A program made the translations under genes and the position numbers. From Octopus sinensis (lineage: Eukaryota): a DNA stretch of 64,000 nt. Location of the stretch: assembly GCF_006345805.1 (NCBI RefSeq), contig NW_021832986.1, positions 5,054-69,053 on the forward strand. The letters are read 5' to 3'. How positions within the stretch are numbered: the stretch's first letter is position 1; every line of letters starts with the position of its first letter. The notes under the pieces were generated by a model. It made no database searches. It was not told where the DNA came from and worked only from the letters and a program-made list of their open reading frames with translations. Shown here one piece after another: positions 10,610-23,905 of this stretch.

Positions 10610-12522
10610 ATGGAATCAAAAGATAATTACTACAAATTTGATGGTAAATAGCCTGTATTCACTAATAAACTAGCAGAAATCATTTCTCCAAACTACAATA
10701 CTGACCACAACATGCTCTTGGGCTCTGACATTTCATTGTAGGCTTGCCATTTTATAGTTATTTAGAATCACTGATGAGAATACTACCCAAATCTCTAAGG
10801 AACCAGGAGAGGAAGTTATTAATAAAACTGGCTTTGACAACTCTTTTAACAATTGTTTGTTGCTGTCTAACATTATGACTTAGATGACGACTTTTTCGAA
10901 AATATTTCGGTGAACGAAAACACGAGTTTTGAGTTAGTGAATATTCGTTTATTGTTTTTAGAAATAACGAACAAGATGAATTTCAGCCCAAATTAGCAAG
11001 AAAAAATCAAATTATAAGGTAATGTAGAGTATTTATCAAAGTAGCGATGACGAACTAAATGAAACTGATTGCTTTCTGCCTTCAGGTTAATTAAAATGCA
11101 TTATTCCAGACGTCAGTGACGTGGAATTAAATTTGGCTGACGAAACCACCAAAACTGACGATCAGAAAAACCCAAAAATTCTCAAAAATGAGAAGTTGCA
11201 AATTTTAGTGTTATTTTAGTAATACATTAATTGACGAAATATTTGGAGACGATGATGTGGACGAATTTGAGGTATGCATGTTGTTTTAAAACTAAATAAA
11301 AACATATATAAATTATTTATTATGAATTTTTAGGGATTTAATCGTGTGGATAATGCAAAAGAATCCCAAAAGGTAGAATCGGACAATTCACAGGAAATGT
11401 ATTCTGAAATCTTCTATTCCTTAGAGCCGAGGAAATATCAGATTTTGATAAAATGATGAAACGTGTCAAGTCTGAGAGAAAGCGTTTTCTGAGCAGACGA
11501 CGTAAAAGAAATGACATTAATTTACTAAACGACAATGACGATGTTATTGCTGTGATCGTAAAAGACATGAGGAACGCTTCTGAGGTAGCTGTCTCTATCA
11601 TATTCTAGTCCGATCGTGAGGCTAATAAAGCAAGAAGACCTGGAATTAGTAAACTCCAAATGCTTTCATATCTAGTCTCCCAATTACAAAAGTACATAAT
11701 ATTCTATTAAATATATTTGATTAAAAATATACAATTTAGAAAACACGTTCAGGCGGCCTTCATTGAAGGAGGATTTCTCGGTGCTCTTGCAGTAAACAAT
11801 TTTTTGTTTGAAAATAGGATTGGTTCTCCCCATTGCCTGACAATTCACTTCCGACAATGAAAATAAGAAATCAACTTTTACCAATTCTTGAAGGAGTAAA
11901 TAAATATGAAATATTTATTCTTTTAGTTTCCAGTACCAGACCCGGAATTACTCAAATTAAGTGGGATTGGGAAAGCCATAATGTACCTGTATAAAAGCAC
12001 TAAAGAAACGAAGGAGAACAAAATTATTTGTAAACGAATATTAGGTATGATATTTTCCTTTGATTTAAAGATGCCTGGTCGCGCCCTTTATTCAATCTCT
12101 CGACAGATTATAAAACTATGGATCGCGAAGAGAGAAAGCATCTCGACCAATTGCATGCACGTAAGCAGAAGAAAAGGTTTTGTTTTTTAATACTATCGAA
12201 TATACTGAAATTAATCCTATGTCAGATATAATTCCAGCCCACGTGACCAGCCAAGGTCAAAAATAGCAGCCAAGACGGATGATCTTTTTTATAGTCGTGC
12301 ACGAGCTCCTACGCTTTCGACTCAAGATTACGTTAACAGACCGGTTTCGGAGTTATCTCTTGATAAAATTGGCAAGAAAAGGGTATTTTTAATCATAATT
12401 GATATTTTAAGGCAATTAATAGCAATCAAAGGCTTAACAAAATGCGACAGATTAAAGATAGAAAGCGAGGTACAGGATCCGAGAAAGTACTCTCTATTAC
12501 TAAGTACTCTGGAATAATTTAA
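10610..12522 (+). CDS. IWS1: IWS1 (Spn1) transcription elongation factor, many mini-introns
   Basis: Spliced core [21 protein letters not shown]...[21 protein letters not shown]...WSRPLF...SRARAP...DYVNRP. The N-terminal exon structure is approximate. Confidence 0.92.
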
Positions 12523-12782
12523 CTTTTTGATTTATTAATTAAAATTTCTTTTCAAATGTCTATAAAATTTACTTATTTTAAAAAAAATTCGTAGAATACT
12601 AATGTTTAAATTTAACGATAATCTCTTATCAGATGTTTGTGAGCTCAATACTCAGTTTGATAATTCAACAAAATTAAATATAGACAAAAATTACTATTTT
12701 CTAAACTTTATATAGAGTTAAATATGATTTAACCTTACTATATTTTTAATCAATCAAAAAAATAATTATAAGTTTTATGACA

Positions 12783-14115
12783 CCGTATTTTCTCGATTAT
12801 AACACGTAGTTTTTTGTTATATAATTAATTCCAATAGATAAGGTGCGTGTTAATTTATAATAGCATTTTTTAAGCATCTATAGGACAATCTTCGTCTCTT
12901 ATGCCCAACTATCATAGTCGGTACATAGAGGTTCTCGTCCACTCGTATTCCTGATTCAGAAGAATCCTTCGGTTGACACTCAATCACTGCTTGCTCCTCT
13001 TCGGGAACCGATATTCCATGTCTTGTCTCCACCTGCATACTCTCCAATGTTTTTCTTGAAACGAGTGTTTGGATATATGCCTTCACTCTGTCTTCCACTG
13101 CGATAGAATCCAGATGACTTTTGAAGAATCTTGAGACAATTCTATCCCAAGTAAGTACAACAGGGATTATCTTCACTTTAGCCCGATGAATCGCCCTAAT
13201 TCATTTGCCAAAAGGTCATATTTGTGGAACTTTTCCATTTCAACTTGCTTTATGCAATTTTATGAGATATATCAACTTCAATAAGTGTAATTGTATTCCT
13301 CATCTTATCATGGACAAAAATATCTGGTTTATTGTTTGAAACAGCAGTATCCGTAGAAATAGTTGTGTCCACTCGAATTTGCACAACTTAATTAGGTACG
13401 TGTTATAATCAATAACTAAAATAAATTACAAATTTTTGATCAAAAAACATTTTCAAACCCCTTTACTCACGTACATTTTGCAATTTCCAACTTTGAATTC
13501 AAAATACACCTATATTATAGATCTTTAAGCCTCACAAACATCACAATCGTGCATTAATAAGCTGGAAAGTAGAATGGCGATGAAGACACCAATATTTTTG
13601 TCGTAACAGCATAAAAACACCACAAACATATTTGAGTAGTGCAAAATAGAAGCGGCCATTTTTAATGCCTTCTAGCTTGCTGATTGGCTGATTTTCGAGG
13701 CCTGTCGAACTCGTTACAATTATAAATTTTCGGATTTACGTCATCTCGTAAAGCCGATCAAAAATCAAAAAGCCGAGATCATCCCTGCCCCCCTAACCTT
13801 GCACTTGTCTCAGTTCACCCTCTCTCAGTTCAGTTTTGGACATTGTACAAGTAACATGCATCAAACAAGCAAGTTATACCGCAGCGTTCCAACGAAAGGT
13901 CATCAAAGTGGCAGAGGAATTGGGTAACGATAAGCTGGAAGAAACGTCGATATTAGTGAAACTAACATCCATGGTTGGAGGATGAAGAAAGACTCATTAT
14001 TGAAAGAAAATTTTTGGTGCGCACTGTATTCGATTACTGCGTTTTTCCAGATGTTTTTGGCCCAAAATGACCAGCGTGTTATTTTCGATTGCGCGTTAAA
14101 ATCGAGAATGTACGG
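12783..14115 (+). mobile_element. pogo-family TIR element with a Brinker-type DNA-binding domain remnant
   Basis: TIRs CCGTATTTTCTCGATTATAACACG and CGCGTTAAAATCGAGAATGTACGG|TA. Remnant SYTAAFQRKVIKVAEELGN...IHGWR at about 13870-14000. Confidence 0.75.
12853..13393 (-). mobile_element. R4/Dong-like retrotransposon RLE fragment inserted in the pogo element
   Basis: RVDTTISTD...NNKPDIFVHDK...IEV...EKFHKYDLLANEL...KIIPVVLTWD...AYIQTLVSRKTLES. Flanked by near-duplicate AGGT(G/A)CGTGTTA. Confidence 0.8.
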
Positions 14116-14893
14116 TATGTAAAAACCAGAAATCTAAATGTAACTAGAAGTGTGTTGGTTTTTTACTTTTATTTAAGAAAATAATAATGGAGGGTTGCTA
14201 GTTTAGTAACTTTTAATAATTAATTTTCTGTGATTCTGAAATTTGATTGAAAACCAAACTAAAATCGAAATCTTATTGATTTCACTTGAAATTTCTTAAA
14301 GAAGTATAAAAATAGTTTATTTAAACCCTAACGACTTTTATTCGAAAGTATTTTTATATAAATTGATTTGACAAACGGCCCTGAGTAAAATGCGCTTTAA
14401 AAAATTCGAGAATTAAATAAAAAAGAGTACTCGTTACATTGTCAAGTTATGAAGTAACGTACATTAATTGAACTTGACTATGTTATTGAAAGGTAAGTAG
14501 TGGGACGATAGAAGATGATATGAAAAGAAAGTCACTAATGTCAAGTCTAACACAGGAGATAAACAATAATAAAGTGTTGGTTTATCACAATGTTCATGGT
14601 TAAGAACGAAAATGCTCGGAGAAAAACTTAAAATTTTTTTTAATTGTAAGGTCTGATATACATTGTGAAAAATAGATAACCTGAGAAAATATAGATTTTT
14701 TTTCCAGATTAGTTGGGATAATAAAAATAAATTAACAAATCGGAGTATCACAATTTTTACATTCGATCATATATTCTAACTATGAATAGACGTTCTTCTA
14801 ATAAAGCTCCGGCATCACTTTGGTGTCTATTTTATTTACTTAATTTTTCTACTTTTTAATATAAATTATAATTTAACAGCATTATTTTAATAT

Positions 14894-16942
14894 ATGTTCA
14901 AGTTGTGTTTAATTATGTTTTTTCAATTTTATATTTAATTTATAATTTTTACTAACATTAATTAGCGAGATTATTGAACTACAATATCCCCTTGTCTACC
15001 CCTACGAACCAACACCTGTTTCACTCCCACTTATTTCCCCAATAGTTATTGATAACGGTTTCTTGATTTTTTAATTTAAATAAATTAGGAAGTTATTTTT
15101 GTAAGGCTGGATGGAGCTCATCGTCTAAACCGGAAATGATCTTCAGGCCTAACGTCATTCGTAACCGCTTTCCAAACGTAAGGGTAATTTTTTGTTCGTA
15201 AATATTCCATAGGATGAAATTTTTGTGGGAAATGAAATTTCTTACAATGACATGTTCAAATATCAACTTCGGTCTCCATTTGAGGGAGGAATTGTCTGCA
15301 ACATTTCGTATCAGGTAATTGTGATAATTAAACTTATTTTAAAAAAGGAATTGATTTTTGATCATATTTTTGATAAATTTGGACTTTCTGAAATTGTAAA
15401 AAATATTCCTGTTCCTTTAGTAATAACGGAAGTTCTGGGGAATCCAACAATTCCACGACAACGTAAACTGATTTTTAATATTTTTAGAAATGTCGGAACT
15501 TTTATTTGAATGTTATGACGTTCCTTCTGTATGCTATGGGATAGATCAACTATTTTCCGTTTATTCTGTAATGTCTAATAAAATGGTCAATGCCGACTGT
15601 CTAAGCATTAACATTGGCTATAACAATTGTCATATCATTCCATATCTTAACGGAAAACCTTCATATGCAAATTGTCGGAGAATTTCTATCGGAGGCAAAA
15701 CTCTCATCGAAAGTTTACGAAAATCCATTCTTATTGAACACCCTAAATTAGTTAATAGCTTATGTTTCGGCCGAGTCGATGTATTTTTAAAATTATACAC
15801 CAATTTAGAGGCTTTTTGAGAAATATTGTACTGTCTCACTTGACTATCAAAAAGATTCTCGTGAATGGGCAACTGATTTATTCTATTCAAAGAATGTTGT
15901 TGGACTTAGAGCTGATATTATAATTACGAATAATATAACCAATGGGTTAAAACACTTTGATGATCAAACACCCGTGGTGACAATTAATATAACAGTTTTA
16001 ATAATAGCCAATGAAAAACGAAGATAAACTCCGAGAATTACAAAGTATTCAAGAAATGGTTGACAGTAACAACATTGAAAATTCATTTGTTAGAAAAAAA
16101 CATTTTTAACCACTTTTTAGAAAAAGATGAAAATTTTCGGAATCTATTCTACTACCGAGTTGCAAAATACCATCAAGTCCTTACGAAGCCTTGTGTATGG
16201 AACAAGACGTAGAAATGCTGCTGTTATAAATCCCAATCTTATTCTGACTGAAAATGAAACTGTTATTTATTTATTTTAATTTTTATAGGATGACATGTTT
16301 TTAGAACGAATAAATGAAGAAAGCACTTCACCAAATAAACGAAATGGGTCCAATTCAAATTCTCATTCACCTAAAATTCAAGCAACTAGCGCAACTGCTC
16401 AAAATCGAAACAAATTTCTCCCTGATGAATTTTTTGAATCAGACGTGATTCGCCTTGGGCCTCAAAAAATTCGGTGATTTATATTATTTTATTTTAAATA
16501 GAATTCCGGAAATACTATTCCAACCTGGTATTATTGGAATTTCTAAATCGGGGTTAATTGAAACTATAGAGACTCTACTCTCAGGTTTCACTGTCGATGA
16601 ACAAACCCGATTAACTTCGGTTAAATATTTTTGTTATTTAAAATATAGAATGTACTAATTTCTGGTGGAGTTGCAAATTTACCATTTTTAAGTGATCGTG
16701 TTAAACAAGAAATGATCCCAATTAGACCTTTTAACGAAGAAATTAATGTTGCCATCTGCCGTTAGTTTCTAGTTCGATATTTATTAGAAAATCCGTTTTT
16801 ATCTTCTTGGAAAGGAGCCTCCTTGTTTGCAGAATCATCTTTATTTGAATCTTCATTAATTAGCAAATGTGATTATTACGAACATGGTTCAGAGTTTATG
16901 AAAATGCATCTTGCGTCAAATTTTTCTGCATTTAAAATGTAA
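14894..16942 (+). CDS. ACTR5: Actin-related protein 5 (INO80 subunit)
   Basis: Spliced PIVIDNGSYFCKAGW...LRSPFEG...ELIFDHIF...MSELLFECYDVPSVCYGIDQLFS...PEILFQPGIIG...SWKGASLFA. The start codon is inferred. Confidence 0.92.
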
Positions 16943-17422
16943 TACTTTAAAAGTAATGTTTGTTAACTTTGCTTTTCAATTGTTTAGTAGCAGTTCTTTA
17001 ATTTTACAGTTTTAATTAATTTATCAGTAAATGTAATGTTTATTTCTAAAAGCATATAATTATGATAATTTTTGATTGGAATTTCAGAAAGTGAGTACAA
17101 AGAAAATATTTTTACAGCATGTCGGTAGTTACTTTTCTAGTTGCGCTACAACGATTTTAGTTGTTAAAATTTCTGACGATCATTTAGTCAAATATAATTT
17201 AATGATCAATTCTTTAGTTATTTGAACCGATTTCCTTTTAAAGCATTGAAAATGTCTTTATATTTCATCCACCAGAATTTAATTTTTCTTTTTTAGGTTA
17301 AACTTTCAAAAATAAAAATCAATTTTTTTATTAAAAGAAATGAAGAATCTGGTTTGTGTTTGAGCCTCTAAAAATCAAAGTTCTGACTGAAAATAAAACT
17401 GCTTGAAAATTCATAACTAATT

Positions 17423-17957
17423 TTTTGCGGGATTCCATCGACCTGAACCTATTGGGCTCTGCCGCAGTGACGGAAAGCGTCCGACGGGATGACTATATTC
17501 CCCTTTAGAGGAGGAAGGTCTCTTGTTTGGATGTAACTTGCGTCGACTCCTTTCAGATACTGTGCTCACAGGAACAGCCAGTACACCAGGCTACGCATGT
17601 GCGCTGGCAGAAGAAAGGAAGTTGACGAAGTACGCTGTGCTTTCCCGAACGTCGTTGAGTTTGTCCCCCTAGCCTTTGAGACCTCAGGTGTGGTTGGAAA
17701 GAAGGTAGAAAATCTGTTACGGGTTGTGGGAGGAAGAATCTCACAGAATACAAATGACCGGAGGAGACGAGCTGGCTTTTCCAGCGCATCTCGGTTGCAA
17801 TTCTTCGCGGGAACTGCCTCTCTATCCGCAGTGCTTCGTCGTCGGACTAACCCTCAAGTTCACGACATTAATTCTCTATTAATTAATTTGACTTTAACAA
17901 AAAAATTTATAAAAAAAAAAAATTTATAAAATAAATATTTTTGAATACTAATCCAAG
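17423..17957 (+). mobile_element. 5'-truncated CRE-like retrotransposon, frameshifted
   Basis: EPIGLCRSDGKRP...FPFRGGRSLV.DVTCVDS...FVPLAFETSGVVG. Has an A-tail and a candidate TSD TTCATAACTAATT at 17410-17422 and 17958-17970. Confidence 0.85.
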
Positions 17958-18325
17958 TTCATAACTAATTCTTCGTTTGACTACTAATAAATTAGTTTTT
18001 AAATCTTTTTCAAAATAGAATAAAATGGTTTTTTATTGTTCAAGAAAAACCAAAACCCAAAAACAAGAAAAGATTATTAACGGGGAGATAAAAACAAGGC
18101 ACCGAAGTGTTTCTTTCCATGCTAACCCCAATTATAATTACTTAGCATAACTTTTCTCCAGGACCATCCGGATCGTGGTCACAGAGAATTTATGCGAGTC
18201 AAGTTTTATTTCATACGCCAGTTTCAATGCAGAACGTCTTGTCCTGGTTAGGCTTTTAAGGATCCCCACACTCCTTTTCCTATGATTTGCTACGTGGTCA
18301 GCGTACAGCCACGACAGTTGACAAT

Positions 18326-18450
18326 TACTTTTCGAGCGGATATCTCTTGCGATAGTACGCTCTAACTCTTTCTCGATCGCGTCGGCTTCCCGCCCTTGAA
18401 GCTTTTAATTAATTAACTTGTAGTTATTGGTTGGTTTGAAAAAAAAAGTT
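18326..18450 (+). mobile_element. CRE-like extreme 3' fragment
   Basis: LLFERISLAIVRSNSFSIASASRP*, followed by a short UTR and an A-run. Confidence 0.75.
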
Positions 18451-18496
18451 TATAATTTAAATATATTTAAAATATTATTAATTTTCTTTGTTTGTT

Positions 18497-21400
18497 ATGG
18501 AGTACTTTAACTTATATTTCAAACGTTTTGATTATTTCCAATCCCAGTCTGATATCGACTTCACAAAATTGATAAATCTTGTATATATAACTATATCCTT
18601 AAATATAGTGCGTGATGAAGTATGGCGAAAGTCCCGCTTCATTTAAGTCTGAAATAGAAAAATTCAATAATTTAAGAAACGTTGATTAAAAAAATGGTAT
18701 TTTAGATTGCTTGTGAATTGGATCTGTCCGACGTCAAAGATTTAAAAACATATTATTGCCAATTGCGATTTCTGAAAGCCCGTGTAACCGAAGAATTGGT
18801 TTCATCTTCGGATATTGACTTCTCATGGTTTTTTTAGTTTTTAAATTCTAGGTTGGATGGTTTCACAAATGAAAATTATGTATCCAGTTATATTGAATTA
18901 GAGGAAATGGCAATTCTTTATAACATAGCTTTAAAGCTTCCCCATTCTGTCGAAGTAAGCTCTTTTGATAACCAGGACTCTGTAACTCTTTATTGGTAAT
19001 ATTTAGTATTTGAGAGCACTGTGCATTGCTTTTCAGAAATCTGCAGGCTGTTTTAAAATGTTGTCCGATTGTTTGTTTGATTTTGGTGATAATTTAAATC
19101 CGACGGAATTACGGATTCATGAACGTATATTTTTGGTGTTGCTCACTTATTCGTTAAACATAGATATTCGCTCAGATCTGTGTATATCTTAAATGCAGCA
19201 ACGAGGCTTCTGGAAAGTCTGCAATTCCTTTTATTTCTCTCTTTATAATTGAATCTTTAGAAATATTAAAACGAGACGTAAGTAAATCTCGTTCTAAAAA
19301 GTCTTTTATTCAAGTTTTGATTATTTTGATATTTGATAGTTAAGAACCACGTGGGCTGATGGAATTCAGTGTTATTTCAAATTTATGCTTAACCGATATT
19401 ATGCGATCAAAGAGCTGGATTCTAAGGAATATGGACGTGGATTGCGTTTCTACCAGAATGCCCTCGATTCGCTCAAGATTTGTTTAAATAGTCGCTTCAA
19501 GGTGACATCTTTATCCAAATAATCAAAATTTAAAAAATTAACTTAAATATTTTTAATTAATGTTTTCAAGGATATCATCCCTGATTGGTCCGAACTCAAA
19601 AAAATAGAAGTAACGGTCAAAAATGAGTGATTTTTTATTTTACAATTATATTAGGTATCAATCCGCTAAAAAGACAAATGATATTGTTTATTACCAATCA
19701 GTCCCAGATTTGATAGATTTTCCAGTATCAGGTTTATAAATGAATTTATACACCTAGGAAAACAATTTGTTCAATCAATCACATTTAATATTTATGATTC
19801 CTCAGAATGTGGTTCTCAGGATTTATTTTCTCGCCTTGTTTCTCTTAAGAACTATGAAACGTCATCAATTTATAGGTTTTTTTATTTTGGTATTTATTGA
19901 TAATTTAGCGAACACAAAGCACAACTTTTAAGATCAATACAAGATGAAATATATACTAATGAACAAAAGATTGAGTTTTAATTTTCACAAATGATATTTA
20001 TTTTAGTAATGAAATGAAAGGATTTAAGTTTAAAATTGTTAAAGATATTATAAATGGCAATTTGGGCGATTTATCCGAACGTATAACAAAATGTATGCAT
20101 TTTGCAGACAATAATACCGATAAGTATGATAAACTGATTAGTCAGCATTCCGGTATGGTAAACCTATCCATTTTTTTGATTATTATTCATCTGTTTAAAA
20201 AATATTTATAATAACATTTTATAAGACTATTATAATTCTTTATTTTCTTAGAATTGTCGAATTTATTGGAACAAATTGAGGATAAAATTAAATCAGTACA
20301 GTTAAAGGTTGATGGCATGGTAAATTAAAATTTATTTTATTTTAGGATTCTTCACAGAAAGATGGAGAGAAAATGCGATTCGAAAAATTCAAAAATGACT
20401 ACAGTTCTTTATCCGCAGGTGACAGAGAGATTCTCGACGCAGTTGATCAATTAATATCAATATTGACATTGCTAAGAGACAGGAGAGCTCTTAGAAAACA
20501 TTTATCGGATCCCTTAGAATTTGTCGGTTTTTATAAAATACATACATATTTAGATGATGTGGTTATGAAAGATGCTTATATCTTCCAAGAAATGAACGAA
20601 AAGATTGTCAAGCTGAGAGATCAACTTGAAGATTTGGTGAATAGACTGAGAGAGGATATGCAGAATGATGATTTGACTCAAAAATTAGCTCAAAATCCAT
20701 CTCAACCGGACAAAGTTTTATTAGCTTTTGATACTGTTTTTCAGGATTTTTTTGAAAAAAGGCTAAATTTATTTGATCCCAATCTGAAGCTCATTCGTGA
20801 AAACATGGCCAAACAATCTGAATTATTTGAAGATTTGTCCAAACACCATTTGAAGATGTTTTATTCACTAAAACAAATTTATGAGGCAAAGGAATCGTGT
20901 TTGATTATCTTTTTTACCCTATAGCCGAGAGGACGACGAATCCGACTTTAAATTGCGGTTGGATTTGATTGACGAAGTTATTTTAAATGCTAATGAAGCA
21001 ATTGAATCACGTAAAAAAACCCTTCAACAATTTAATAATATTTTGTCTTCATTTCAGATGCAAAAGTCAGCTCCTAAAGTTCCTCCTCGCACAGCAAATG
21101 GTATAAACTATTTTGTGTTTAATATTCTCTAGTAAGCGATTTGGGGAAACTCGATTCGTATGTTCCATTAGGTCCTATAGGCTATAATGCTCCAAATAAC
21201 CTGCCAAACATTCTTCCTCTGAGTATGAATAATCCTCGAATGCCTCTGACGACTTCCTCTACTTTTGGCCAAAATCCTCACTTGAATCCATTAAATCCTC
21301 ACTGGGAACAAATTCCGAGTTATCATCCTAATCGTTTTCCAATACAAAATCAAGCTGATCCTACAATGAGACAAAAAACTCAGAATGTTTTTGAACAGCC

Positions 21401-21770
21401 CAATTCTTTTGAAATAACTAATTTCGATACGAAATCTAATCACCCGTTTGCTACTTTTGATCAAACTGCTCGTTTGAACCCATTAAATCCTCACTGGGAA
21501 CAAAATCCTAGCTATCTCCCGAATATTTATCAAATACAAAATACAGCCGATGTGAGACCAAGACCTTATAATATTTCTGAACAACCAAAGCCCTCGAATT
21601 ATTACGAAAACGACCCTCGTGCTTATTTAAATTATATTAACTCGTATGATCCACGGACTCAATTCCAGACTCGTTTTGGACCTTCGAATCAATTTTCAAA
21701 CATTTCTAAAAATCCATATTTCATAAAGGACATGGAAAAAAAATTAGCTGAACAGGAAAAAAATAAATAG
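18497..21770 (+). CDS. BRO1-domain ESCRT accessory protein (HD-PTP/ALIX family)
   Basis: Spliced KTYYCQLRFLKARV...FSWLDGFT...EEMAILYNI...IAFQKSAGCF...IFAQICVYLK, then a helical V-domain-like exon (20373-20924) and a Pro/Asn-rich tail. One apparent 1-bp frameshift near 18934. Confidence 0.8.
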
Positions 21771-21919
21771 TTTTTCTCTTAATCTATATAATCCTTTATA
21801 AAGTAAAAATATAATGTAATCTTGTTTCGAGATCAATTCAAATTATTATTTTCTAGAAGCAGAAAAACACAATATATAGCTAGTTCTATGTTGGAATTTC
21901 CAAGGAAAATAAAAGTGAT

Positions 21920-22135
21920 TAATGCTGATGATGTCGACCTAATCTTTTTAGCCTCTTACTAGGAGACAGTGAAGATATCATACAGAGAAAAACCTTGGGA
22001 AACGCGGTATCATACAGGCTGAAAAACCTATGGTTAAAACTTGGGACATCTCAAAAGAGGAACTAAAGAGTCTAGACTTGTTCCGCGGGAATCATCTAAG
22101 AAGCATAATTTGATTGTCCTGGCGATCCAGGATCT
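21920..22135 (+). mobile_element. Highly deleted RTE RT fragment
   Basis: NADDVDLI followed by TWDISKEELKSLDLFRGNHLRSII*LSW. Confidence 0.6.
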
Positions 22136-23049
22136 CCGGAGTAAAATGTAAAATAAAATAATCTGAAAATTGTAAAGAATATATTGGCATTTAGCGACGA
22201 CCTGTACTCTTTGAGGAACCTAGCTAGTTCTCTAATATTTTTTGCCGTACATGCGGGGTTATAAATATTATAGCTTTAGTGAAACTGTTAGGAATTTGAA
22301 TAAATTTAGATTATTCGATATTTTCAAAATAAACAAAGGACTTTAATTTGACCTTCGACCCAAGTTGTTTTTTCAGTGTAGAGAGCCTTGCCTTCTGTGT
22401 TTAGTTAATAATGGATATCTTACACATCATTTTAAAACTATTTATTTAACTTCCCACATACTATAACACACCATCATTCTCTTTTAACATCGGACCACAG
22501 CATCTCCAAAAACGACCAGTAATAACTGCATAGAGAACTTTTCATTAGCGAACAAAGAAGTTAATTATTCTAACTGGAGCCGTATCCGGAATTATTGAGT
22601 CTTTGTCTCATCAGTTTTCTGTAGTTGTTGGCGGCTGTGAAGACGCTAGGAAGCGCGTGACGTCCCATCCGGAAGTCCATATATGTTTGGACTCCGTGTG
22701 TGATGAGATTTCACGACGGCGTCACTCATCAAACCCAATCGGAGCTTCCAGAACAGGCAGTTGAACCCAAGGCCAAGGAGAATATTAGCAGATATCCAGG
22801 ACTAAAGAGAATATTTGCAGATACTAATCCACTCAGGATTAATAATTAGCTAAATTAAAAAAATCAACTTTTTTTTGTTCATCGCCCTCTTGTCCACATA
22901 TAATTAAAAAATTTTTCTGCATTGTCCCTTAATTGGTTGTTTTTTTGTATATAACCAAAAATCAAAATATAAAACAATAAATCAAATGTAAAAATTGAAT
23001 TTTTATTAGTGAAACCCTTGATATTTATGTTTACTCGATAAACATTCAA

Positions 23050-23905
23050 TTTCGGGTTTAATTCTGCTCAACTTTAGGCGTATATCCCATCTATAACAGA
23101 CTTCCAGCCTATTTCTTTCACATTGTGTGTTATGATTGACAAAATCTCATCTAAATAAGTTGTAGGGAATGTCAATAGTACATTTCTCATTTCCTTCCAT
23201 AAATTTAAAAATTTCATTTGTAGATCTTTTGATTGCCAAAATTTAGAAATAACACCCTGTTGAAATCTGTAAATATATTCTTTATTATATTTCAATTCAA
23301 TTACCTCTTACCTCTTCTTGGACAAATCTTTGAATTTAAGAGATATATCCGCTTCTAGTTCCATCAAATATTGTTTTGACTAAAATATTTACTTATCTCA
23401 GATAGTTGTAAATGTTTCCAAACTGATTTATAGAAAAATTATCTCGATAAAGCAATAATTTTCTTGCAAATGTTTTCTTTATTCTTTTGCAATCAATTTC
23501 CTTGAAGAAGAATAGTAATTTCATTTATCCGGGTGCTTGGGTTTTAAATGATCCTGTAATCGTGATGGCTTTATCGCCTCATTTGAGAAAGAACATTGAC
23601 AAATAAGACAATAAGGCTGTTTTGTATCTTCAGTATTTTGAATGAACCCATATTTTAAATATTCGTTTTGATAATGACGACTTTTCTTATTTGAGGGAGA
23701 AGACATCTTAGATATCAAACAAGAATGTAAAAACAGTGTGTTATTTTGAATATAAAATTTAAATCTGAAACATTATTAAAATTAACATGTATAAATACTT
23801 GTATTATATTTAAATTCGAATATTTTATTAAATATATTATCGCCCCCTTTTGACCTAATTATCGCCCCCCTTTACAAAATTATCGCCCCCGGTTTAGAAC
23901 ACCTG
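23050..23905 (-). mobile_element. Internally deleted hAT (Buster/ZBED5-like) element
   Basis: BED finger YQNEYLKYGF...CLICQCSFSNEAIKPSRLQDHLKPKH and C-terminal FW...LLTFPTTYL. The end CAGGTGTTCTAAACC is at 23905, with three ATTATCGCCCCC subterminal repeats. The other TIR was not found. Confidence 0.85.

Noticed and set aside
11338-11884. Minus-strand ORFs of 87 and 66 aa
   Set aside because: They are antisense to IWS1 exons.
22620-22790. A further CRE-like copy (LEAPIG...WDVT)
   Set aside because: It is too degenerate to call confidently and was not counted.
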